A stretch of 64,000 bases of DNA from Azolla caroliniana (taxonomy: Eukaryota > Plantae > Polypodiophyta): NCBI GenBank assembly GCA_043228905.1, contig JBHGNT010000001.1, forward strand, positions 26,102,001-26,166,000, given 5' to 3'. Within the stretch, counting starts at the first letter, position 1. Every line of letters begins with the position of its first letter. Of the stretch, positions 9,125 to 19,516 are shown piece by piece. Under the pieces are notes generated by a model, which saw only the letters and a program-made list of their open reading frames with translations, searched no databases and had not been told where the DNA came from. The translations under genes and the position numbers were made by a program.

Positions 9125-10880
9125 GCGCTGAACCGGATTGGGAACCGAATGCCGTCCTCATCTTCTTGGTTGACGACCCATGCGATCCCGGTCGGACTCG
9201 TATCTACCGTTATGTAGACGGGAGTGCCTTTCTCGTAGACAACCTTCCGGAGTGCCGGAGCTGCAGCAAGAGCCTCCTTCATCTTTCGCACCGACTCCGT
9301 ATGTTCGTCTCGCCACTCGAATTTCGCCCCTTTTTCAGCAACCCGTATAGCGGCTCGGCAACATGGGCGTAATGCGGGATCCATATGTGGTAGAACGCGC
9401 ATGCTCCCAAGAACCTCCGTACCTCCGTGATCGAGTTACAATCGGGCTACATTGTGGAGATGGCTTCCACCTTAGCCGGAGACGGTTTCCGGCCATACGG
9501 TTCGCATAGATGTCCGACGACCATGATCTCTGATTGCCCGAAGGCCGATTTCTCCCCGGAGAAGGTGAGCCTCGCGTCCTCTAGCCTCTGCAGCACCCTC
9601 TCGTAGTCGTCAATGTGTGTCGCCACGAATTTCCGGCATCCGTCCGGTCCGATCGTTTCGTCCTTTTTCTCCACCGGACATCCCTTGATCGGGATGTCGT
9701 CCAAGAATGGCATGGTGATGTCCGGCATACAATCCCTCAGCACCTTGTTCATTGCATTCACCATGTGGGCCACCGAGTTTGTCCCTCCTTGTGGCAGGGT
9801 ACACATCCGTACTAGGCCGAGAGGAGTCTGCATCGTCGTAATGTCTCTGCTCTCTATGGCTAGTTGGAACTGATCGTACCCCGAGTACAGATCACCAACC
9901 GAGTAGATCGGCCTTCCGGCGAAGGCCTCCGCGAACTCGTCTATCGTTGGTCCGATTCCTGCGTTCCGAATGGTCACTCTGTTTATCGGTTGCAGGTTTT
10001 GAATGAAGCACAACTTCCCGTTCTTTTTCGGTACGGTAAACCACCGGTTCGAGTACGGGGCACTCGACGGTTCGAGGATACCCATATCGACTTTCTGCCT
10101 CAATAGCTCCATTAGCTCCGGGATGTGAGCTCTCGGTACCGAAATTGGCTTAGAATTCCACGGCACATGCGGTACCGTGAATATCACCATCGGCTTCACG
10201 ACTGTCGGGTCTACGCACCCGATCTCTTCCGGTGAGAATGCGAAGGCTTTCCCATGCCTTCTGAGCATTCTCCCAAACCGGTCTTCTTCCGCCTGCAGCA
10301 GGAACCCGCCCCCACCGATTCTGAGCTCCCGTAGCGTTCTGTCGGTGAAGGTGTGTCCTATGCAGGCCGGATCTCGTAAACTGGGGTCCGACGCGACCCC
10401 CTTGATTCGCAAATCGCTGCCCTCCGGTAAGGGTGCCGCGACTGGCCTTACCTTCTGGTCCACAGTCTTGTACTTCGTATTAACCCGGGCCGTCTGATCC
10501 GACTCGAGCCCCCGACTGAAGTCCGTGATGACTTCATACATCTCTTCTGAACGAACCGGTATTGTCCGGTCTTCTTTAAGGCCCTCTCCGACCACCTCTC
10601 GCAGTATTCCCAAGGTATCGTCGAAGGAGACCGCCTCCACGGCTCCGTTGATTTCCTCGCTGGGCTCGAGAACTCCGCATGCCCGAAGTCGCTCTTCCGC
10701 CCTTGTCTTTTCTCGGCCAACGACGCCGACTATCGTACACCCTCCGTTGTCGGAGAAACAAAACTTCCTACTTATGGTACAAGGTTTCTTCGGTTTCGCC
10801 TCTATCGTAAATTTGTGGGGTTTTCTCGGAGTGTCCGGACTGTCGCGGCCCCATGCCTTGACAGTCCTCTCTAAAAATCC
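9125..10880 (-). pseudogene. pol: A2 pol, N-terminal part (RT and start of RNase H)
   Basis: ORF 9447-11357 from GFLER onward contains PWNSKPISVP, WFTVPKK, DLYSGY, LPQGGTNS, FLDD. Confidence 0.92.
10815..10880 (-). promoter_or_regulatory. Candidate -1 frameshift signal of A2
   Basis: G GAT TTT TAG, then stem GGACTGTC/GACAGTCC with loop TGGGG able to pair with downstream CCCCA. Confidence 0.75.
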
Positions 10881-12997
10881 TCTCGGTTCTCGCCACCGAG
10901 GGACTCGCGGTTTCGCTCGTGGTTCGGTCACACCGTCAAGAACTGGACCGAATGACGCCTGTCCTGACTCTTGACCCTCGCGTAAGCCGACCCGTTGTCC
11001 AGCAACTTGGTCTCCATCTACGATGCCGTAATGTACGGTTCTCCTAGTATGACCGGGTGCGAGGATGTCTCCTGCACAAAGAAATGTTGATCTATCTCGA
11101 CGTCGCCGATCTTGACTCGCACATTTGGGCAGGCCCCGTGTAGTTCCTCGGTGGCGCGCGTCGCCGCCCGTATCTTCCACCCGTTCTTGGTGTTGATTGG
11201 CCATTTCCCCTTCTTGTAGAAGTCCATGGACATCAGGTTTATTTCCAAACCGTGGTCCACCAGCACCACCACCAGTTCCTGAACATCTCCGATCTTCACC
11301 AGGGTTTCCGTGGTTGCTCGGGCCCAGTGTGGCCTCGAGTAGTGGCTCTCCGCCCACTCGTCTTCCAGCGCCATGTCCTCTATGTGAGTCGTCTGCACCT
11401 CCACCGGCCTTTCCGGTTCTGTCTCCGTCGACAGCCTCTTCCTCTTCACCAAGTCTACGATGGAATCGTGGAACTCCTTCTTGGCGATTCCGAGCACCTC
11501 CCGCAACGATAGTTCCACCTTGTTGTCGAGGATTCGTTCTTCCAGGACCTTTCGTAGGTCCGTGGTCCTTTCGATCTCTGTGCCCAACCGGTATCCGCCC
11601 TTCTTGTGGTTATCCTGGGCACTGGTCTCACCGGCCTCGTTCCGTTTCGGCCCGAATCGGGTTTCGTATCTTTGTGAGGGTCCGGCCCCTCCGGTTTTAC
11701 CTACCTGTTTGTTTTCTACCAGAGCCTCGTAATTCTGGGAAGCCGCTTCGACGAAACCCGTCTTTTCTTTGACCGGGTCACTCCACCCGGTTACCTCCTG
11801 GAGCCGCTTCTCCGCGCGGTTCGCCTCGTCTTTCTTTAGTCGGGCACAGGCGAGGCCTTCCAGCACCGTCGGCCAGAACCCGGCTTTGCTCTCCTTCCGG
11901 GCCTCGCTGCCTCCGACCCGAATACCGGCTAACGCTGAGTAGTGGACGCTCTCCGCGTGTCGGGCCGCCGCCTCTTCCATCAGCCTTTTCATTCCTCCTC
12001 GGCCGTCGTTTCGGTTTAGGGCCCTCCGGGTATCGTTGGCGTGCACCCAACCTTCCCACAAGTACACTACTCGGCTTTTCAAAGCCTCCGCAAAGTCCCC
12101 GCAGTCTTTCCGGATGTGGCCGACCTCGTCGCACCACATGCACCTATTTCTTGCCGGAGGCCGTCGGTCACGAGCTTGTTCGCTGCCTTCCCTCCGAGCC
12201 TGGGCGATCTAGAGATCCTTTACCGCCCGTGTCAACTCCTCCAAAGCTGTTCCCCCGGACGAGCCTCTGACCACGCCGGTCGAAGCCAATCCGGTTTCGA
12301 GCCACTCCCGGGTCTCTTCCCTTCGCGCCTGCGGTATCGGTTCGAAATTCCTTGCTGCGATAGGACCCGCCCCGATCGCCCCTGTATCAGCCCACTCCCA
12401 CCGTTTGTCAAAACGGCCGCAGACTCTTTTTACCACGGCCCAGTTGGCCGTCAGCCCGTCTTCGGTTTCCAGTAAGGAGCCCACTTGCTCCCGATCCCGT
12501 GCGTCAACCGATTTGACAAACAATAGGACACAACTTGTGTCCAGAACAGTCCGATCGAGCGCCGAAAGGCGCGCAAAGCGTTCCTCAAACTCCCGGAGTA
12601 GTACCGACGCATTTCTTCCTTTGTTGGGGGACTCCACCCACTCCATGAAGCCCCGCTTTGAAAGTCGAAGCGCGTCATCCAGCCTATATTTCTCCAGGAG
12701 CCGTCCTTCGAACTCCTCCGAGGTCCGGCTCTCCGCCCGGACCTCGAGCACCTCCGCATGGATGCCCGGCATCGCCACTCGAGAGAATCCGGCAAGACGC
12801 CTCTCTTCCGGAATATCCCTCATCAACATCTCCGCCCGGTAGGTTGCCAAATAACTCGTGGCATCCTTTCCACTGAACCGGCCGATCGTACCGACAATCG
12901 CCTCAATAGCCCTGTCAAGGGCGCTGGTGCCCTCGCGCGCGCTCACTATCCAGTCCACGGCCGAAGCCATGGCCTCTGCAAGGTCCGACCCCCTCAT
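10871..12997 (-). pseudogene. gag: A2 gag-protease
   Basis: ORFs 12209-12997 and 11018-12139 are separated by a single TAG; CCHC knuckle; VDHGLEIN. Confidence 0.92.
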
Positions 12998-13014
12998 CTT
13001 CTGCCATGGCCTTT

Positions 13015-13032
13015 TTCATGTCGGGTTCACCA
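13015..13032 (-). promoter_or_regulatory. A2 PBS, tRNA-Trp
   Basis: TTCATGTCGGGTTCACCA, one C>T change. Confidence 0.85.
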
Positions 13033-13036
13033 AATA

Positions 13037-13687
13037 TGTCGCGTTACTACGCGCGTGCGTGGAGAAACGAGGCGGGACCACCGGGGTCTTAAACCAAAGA
13101 GCAGGTGATAGAAGGGGAAAGAGAAAGAGAGAGACGCTCGGTTACGTATGAGCCAAGAAACACAGGGACACGGCCCTGTCAACGCAGAAGACACGAATGG
13201 ACACAGAGACAGAGAGACACGAATGTTTGTATATTAATGAATGACAAATAAACAACAGAGCACGCGAGCGGTTACAACCGAACAGGCCGACGAACAGATG
13301 TCGATGCCTGCTCGTCTGCGCACGAAAGGGGATAGGATGGAGGTGCTGCCGGAAGCACACAGGTGTTCCTCGAAGCAGCGCGAGCCTCTCGAAAACCTGC
13401 AGAGAAAAGCGATGGAGAACGAATAGAGGAGAAGCGTTCGGTTTCGGTCCGACAGTAGTTCGTCCTCCTCAATGCGCGATCCCCTCTCCCCGCGTCTCCC
13501 TCTTTGTTTATATCTTCAAGAAGGGAGCCGTTTCCCTCATTTACTTCCTACCTACCGAATCTAACTACCCACGATATACCTATGTACCTAATTCCCTATT
13601 ATATACATTAAAGGGCGCGCACGCGTGAAGAGCCGGTTCACGCGCGCTATGCACCGATTGCGCCAAGGGACGGTTTTCTTCACGACA
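13037..13687 (-). repeat. A2 5' LTR
   Basis: TGTCG..CGACA termini; similar to the solo LTR at 61488-62105; outer flank GCGT lies in the A3 integrase. Confidence 0.9.
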
Positions 13688-16149
13688 GCGTAAGGAAGGA
13701 GTCACGGCCAATTCCCGACCTGCCCACCGCATGCACGCACCAATGCCTTTACAATCGGTCCGTGCCCACGTTCCACCTTTCCGTTCGCCTCGTGAAATGC
13801 CGCTAGTAGTTTCCCCTATTCTTCTTTCTTTGCCACTACTCGGAGTGGAATGCCGCTTCTCTTCTTTGGGTAACTCCATATGCACCCGTCCCGCAGGAAG
13901 AATCGGTACGCCTTCCTCCGTACCCGGCTCGCCTCCTCTCTCGCCCATGCTGCGTCCGGCGTCATCGTCCGTAGGAACCTCCCGATTTGGAGCCACTCCC
14001 CATCGTACCTGCTTTCGTCAAATTCGTTAAGCGCCGGAGTGTTCCCTTTTCTCGTCGTTATGGTAGCCAACCCGAAGAAGTCTTCGCCGACTTCTTCGTC
14101 ATCCGAAACCATGCCGTCTTCGTCGTTGAACCTGGCCCTCGAAAGCATGTCGGCCATGGCGTTGTCCTTTCCGGAGATGTGTCGTATCTCCGGGTTCAGG
14201 GACTTAATGTACGCTATCCACCGGAGCATTGCTAGGTCCGGCGTCGCGCATCCGGAAACCATGCCGAGTATCGGCAGGCAGTCCGTCTCGATAATCACCT
14301 CCGTCCTGATCAGATAATCCTTGTCGGCCTTGACTCCCAAAATGACACCCCAAAGTTCGCGCTTTACTTGGGCGTATCCTCGCTGCCGCTCGCTCAATAC
14401 CTTCGCCCCGAACCGGATCGGGAATCGTACGCCGTTCTTGCCCTCTTGACTGATTACCCACCCGATCCCGGTCGGGCTGGTGTACACCGTTACGCAGATG
14501 GGAACATCCTTGCCGTAAACCGCTATACGGAGAGCCGGCGCTGCCGTAAGCGCCTCCTTTAGTCTCCGAATCGACTCTGTGTGCTCCGTCCTCCACTCAA
14601 AACTACGCCCCTTTTTCAGTAGTCCGTAGAGGGGTTCTGCGACATGTGCGTAGTGCGGGATCCAGATGTGGTAGAACGCGATGCCCCCATGAATCTGTGG
14701 ACCTCCGTGACCGACCCGCAATCATTCCTCATCGCGGAGATGGCCTCTACCTTTGCCGGAGACGGTTTTCTACCGTAAGGCCCGCACAAGTGTCCGACCA
14801 CCAAGATCTCCGACTGTCCGAAGGCCGACTTTTGCCTGGAGAAGGTGAGTCTCGCGCCTTCTAGTCTCTACAGCACCTTCTCGCAGTCATCGATGTGAGT
14901 CGCCACGAAATTCCGACATCCGTCCGGCCCGACTACCTTGTCCTTTTCCTCCACCGGGCATCCCCTGATCGGGATGTCGTCTAAGAATGGCATGAGGATG
15001 TCCGGGATACAATCCCTGAGCACTTTGTTCATCGCGTTCACCATGTGAGCCACTGAGCTCGTCCCCCCTTGTGGCAGGGTACACATCCGCACTAGGCCGA
15101 GAGGAGTCCGCATCGTCGTAATTTCTTGGCTCTCCACGGCTAGTTGGAACTGATCATACCTCGAGTACAGATCACCGACAGAGTAAATCGACCTTCCGGC
15201 GAAGGCCTCCGCGAACTCGTCTATGGTCGGTCCGATTCCTGCGTTACGGATGGTCACCTTGTTGACCGGTTGCAGGTCCTGACTGAAGCGCAGTGTGTTG
15301 TTCTTCTTAGACACCGTAAACCACCGATTCGAATATGGGCACTCGGAGGTTTGAGGATGCCCATATCCACCTTTTGCTTTAGGATCTCCATCAACTTCGG
15401 GATGTGAGCTCTTGGCACCGGAATCGGCTTGAGATTCCACGGTACATGCGGTACCGTGAAGATCACCATCGGTTCGACAACTGTCGGGCTACGCACCCGA
15501 TCTCCTCCGGTGAGAATGCGAAAGCCTTCTCGTGCCTTCTGAGCATCCTCCGAAACCGGTCCTCCTCCTTCGGCAGTAGGAAGCCGCCCCCACTGACCTT
15601 GAGCTCTCGTAGCGTTATGTCGGTGAACCGGTGCCCTATGCCAGCTGGATTCCGTAAACTTGGGTCTGACGCGACCCCTTTCATCCGCTCCTCGCTGCCC
15701 TCCGGCAGGGGTGCCGCTACTGGCCTCACCTTCCGGTCCACAATCTTGTATTTCGTATCCACGCGGGCCGTCCGATCCGACCCGATCCTTTCCCCGGAGT
15801 CCGCGATGACTTCGTACATTCCCATCAATCCTATCGGAACGGTCCGGTCTTCTCTAAGGTTTTCATCGATCACCTTTCATAGTTCGCCCAAGGTGTCGTC
15901 AAAAGAGACCGCCTCCACGGCGCCGCTGATGTCTTCGTCGGGGAAAAGGACTCCGCATCCCTTGAGCCGCTCCTCCGCTCGCTTCCTCTCCCGGCCGCTG
16001 ACGCTGGTTATAGTACAACCTCCGTTGTCGGAGAACCAAAACTTCCTACCCATGGTACAAGTCTTCTTCCGTACTGTACATTTGTGGGGTTGTTTCCGGG
16101 AGTCCAGACTATCGCGGCCCCACGCCTTGATAGCCCTCTCTAAAAATCC
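13688..16149 (-). pseudogene. pol: A3 pol (RT, RNase H, partial integrase)
   Basis: ORFs 15463-15873, 14868-15440 (PFLDDIP) and 13816-14721. Confidence 0.9.
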
Positions 16150-18249
16150 CCTCGGGCTTCGCTGTCGAGGACCTCTCGGTTACGCTCGTAGTTTAGTCTC
16201 ACCGTTAGGAACTGGACTGAGTGGTGCCCGTCCTGGCTTTTGACTCTTACATAGGCTGAACCGTTGTCCAGCACATTGGTCTCCATCCGTGCCGCCGTGA
16301 TATATGGCTCTCCTAGTATAACCGGATGCAAGGACGTCTCCTGCACAAAGAAGTGTTCGTCGATCTCGACATCGCCGATTTTTACCCGTACGTTCGGACA
16401 TGCCCCATGTAGTTCTTCCGTGGCGCGCGTCGCTGCCCGTATCTTCCAGCCGTGCTTGGTGTTGATCGGCCATTTACCCTTCTTGTAGAAATCCATGGAC
16501 ATCAGGTTGATTTCGGATCCATGGTCTACCAACGCCACCACCGGTTCCAGAACGTTGCCGATCCGTACGGGGGTTTCCGTAGTTGCCCTGGCCCAATGCG
16601 GCTTCGTGTAGTGGCTTCCCGCCAGCTCGTCTTCCAGGCCTTCGTCTTCCAGGTGCGTGGTCCGCACCTCCACCGGCTTCTCTGGTTCTGGCTCCGTCGA
16701 GAGCCTCTTATGCTTCACGAAGTCTACGATAGAGTCGTGGAACTCCCACTTGGCAATCCCCAGCACCTCCCGCAATGACAGCTCCACTTTATTGTCGAGG
16801 ATTCGCTCTTCAAGGACCTTCCGTAGGTCCTTTGCTCTCTCGATTTCGGTGCTCAACCGATACCCCGCCTGCTTCTTCCCATCCAGCACGCCTGGGTTGC
16901 CGGCACCGGTCGGTTTCGGTCCGAACCGGGTCTCATACCTCGGGGGGCCGACCCCTGCGGCCTTTCCTGCCCGTTTGTCCTCCACCAGAACCTCGTAGTT
17001 CTGGCAAGTAGCTTCTACGAAGCCCGTTTTCTCTTCCACCGGATCGTCCCAACCGGTCAGCTCCTGGACCCGCTGTTCCGCGCGGTCCACCTCCTCCCTC
17101 CTCAGCCGAACACTGGAGAGGCCTTCTAGCACTAGCGGCCAGAATCCGGAGTCCTTCGCCTTCCGGGTCTCATCACCCCCGACCCGAATTCCCGTCGACA
17201 CTGACTAGTTAACGACTTCGACGTGCCGTGCCGCGGCCTCTTCCATCAACCTCTTCATGCCGCCACGTCCCGTATTCAGTTCCAGGGCTCTTTGGATCTC
17301 GCTCGCGTGCACCCGCCCGTTCCAGAGGTACACCACGTTGGTCTTGAGCGCGTCGGCGAAATCCGAGCAGTCACACCACATGCACCGCTGCCCAACCAGC
17401 GGCCTCCAGTCGCGAGGTTGTTTACCGCTGTCTCTTCGGGCCTATGCGATCTGCAAGTCGCGCACCATCTGTGTTAGCTCCTCCAGAGCCGCTCCTCCGG
17501 ACGGGCCTCTCACCACATCGTTCGATGCCGACCTCGACTCCGGCCAGATTCGGGTCTCTTCCTTCCTCCCAGCCGACACCGAAACCGGCTCCTCGAGCCT
17601 CCTCCCCGGGACCGTCCCCGACCCCGACGTGCTTCCGTCGCTCCAATCGCGCCGTTTGTCGAAACGGCTACAGACCCATTTTACCACGGCCCAATCCATC
17701 GTGAGTCCTTCTTCCGTTTCACAATAGGGGACCTACCTTTTCCCTGTCGAGCGCATCCACCGACTTGACAAACAGCAGTACTCGACTTGTTTCGAGCACC
17801 GTCCGGTCCAGTGTCGACAGCCGCGTGAACCATTTTTCAAACTCTTGGAGGAGCACCGACGTGTTCCTCCCTTTTCTGGGGCTTTCCACCCACGCCATGA
17901 AGTCCCGCCTCGACGGCCGGAGCGAGTTGTCAAACCTGTACTTCTCGAGGAGCTGCAGCTCAAACTCCTCCCAAGTCTGGCATCCGGCCAGCATCTCGAG
18001 CACCTCCACATGGATGCCCGACGTCACCACCCGAGGGAATCGGGACAGCCGCCTGTCCACCAAGATATCCCTCATGATCATTTCGGCCTGGTAAGCCTCC
18101 AAATAACTTGTGGCGTCTTTCCCTCCGAAACGGCCTATAGAGCCGACGATCGATTCAATGGCTCTGTCGAGGGTACCCATTCCCTCACGAGCGCTCACCA
18201 GCCGGTCGACGGCCACCGCCATTGCCTCTGCTAGCTCCGATCCCCTCAT
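16140..18249 (-). pseudogene. gag: A3 gag-protease
   Basis: ORFs 17719-18249, 17442-17699 and 16140-17201 (VDHGSEIN; ends RGDF*). Confidence 0.9.
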
Positions 18250-18294
18250 CTTTTGACTCCTTTGCTGCCCTTTTCACGTAGGGTTCACCAAAGA

Positions 18295-18881
18295 TGTCGC
18301 GTTGTTACGCGCGTACGTGTAGAAAGGGGCAGGACCACGGGGGTCTTGGACCGAGGAGCGAGAGAGAGAGATACAGAGAGAGAGAGAGATTCACCGACAC
18401 GTAGAAGTGAGAGGGAGAGAAAGGGAACGCAACACTTAATTATAATGACAGAGATTACAAACTTCGACGGTTACAACCGACAAAGCGGCGACGGGCCCGA
18501 CACAGGGACCCTACTCACGCACCCCGACGACAGTCACCGACTCCAGAACCAAAAGCGAAAGGGGAGCGACCCTGTTGGAAGCACACGGGCTGTCCACGAA
18601 GCGGAGGTAGTGACCTCCCGACACCTGCAGAGAGAGACGATTCGAGTCGAAGAGAGAGAGCTCCGCCTCCCGTTCTGCAGCATCCTCCCTCCTCCTCGTC
18701 GCGCGCGATATCCTTCTTCTCTTCTCCTCTCCTCTTTTATTCCCCTCTAATAAATGCGTGCGGGTTAGTAGTTACATCCACCGGTTCGCAGGTCAAGTAT
18801 CCAATCACGCGTTCATCCGTGTAAGGGCCGGTTTACGCGCTTTCTCTCCAATTCCGCCTATGGCCAGTTTTCTTCACGACA
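18295..18881 (-). repeat. A3 5' LTR
   Basis: TGTCG..CGACA termini, next to a Trp PBS; outer flank ACGC. Confidence 0.88.
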
Positions 18882-19516
18882 ACGCCTGCGGGAGGTGGAG
18901 AAGATGAGGATTCTTCCCATTTTTCCTGAGTTATCTCCAAAATCTGCCCGCGTTGTTTCCGTGGTGGTCGCGGAGAGATCAGGGTGCGAGGAGGGGAAAC
19001 CGAAGGAGGTGGGTAGAGGACTGTAAGGAAGTGGTTTATCACAGGCAACAGACGCTTACCGGTTTGGAAGGATTCGAGCGCCGCCCGAATTTCTTCGCTT
19101 GTGATGATTCCCCAGTCAATTTTGTTTCCCTCATAAGCACTGATGATGATCACCGCTTTGCTCTGTGGCATACTGGTAGGGTTGGTATGCATGAACGCGT
19201 ACTCCATCAGGATGTGAGCAAGTTCCTTGACTGCCTTGTTAGATCCACCATAGGTGCGGTAGGCTTTACCAGATATGGAATACACACCAAAGTATTCCTT
19301 CAGGGTCGTGGAAGGGGGAATCTCGACCTCATGGTCACCTCCTCGTTTCAAGTCCAAGGCAGCACGAATCATATTGTTGGTGACTGTGTCCGGGTGGATA
19401 CGTCGTGCGACCACTTGGGAATTAGGGTGCGTAGGAGCATCGATCACCTTTAAATAACCACCCGAGCCTCGTTCCTAAAGCCAGGAGCGGGTTTCCTGTG
19501 AAGCTGCAAGAGGCAT
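18882..19516 (-). pseudogene. Extra ORF (ORF3) downstream of D1 pol, function unknown
   Basis: ATG 19516 is in frame with the 18833-19447 ORF through one TAG; the N-terminus resembles the D2 ORF at 44512; cut by the A3 insertion. Confidence 0.65.

Larger units (their letters stand above)
3352..13687 (-). mobile_element. Family A copy A2; interrupted by B1, 3' end lost
   Basis: 5' LTR 13037-13687, Trp PBS, gag from 12997, PR, RT (MPFLDDIPIKG), RNase H split at 9125/4902, integrase down to 3352. Confidence 0.95.
13688..18881 (-). mobile_element. Family A copy A3; interrupted by A2, 3' end not in the window
   Basis: LTR 18295-18881; PBS 18273-18290; gag from 18249; PR; RT; RNase H; internally deleted integrase. 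Confidence 0.93.

Noticed and set aside
9447-11357. 636-aa ORF as a natural protein start
   Set aside because: The first ~160 aa are the -1 shadow of the protease region; Pol similarity begins at GFLER, at the slippery site
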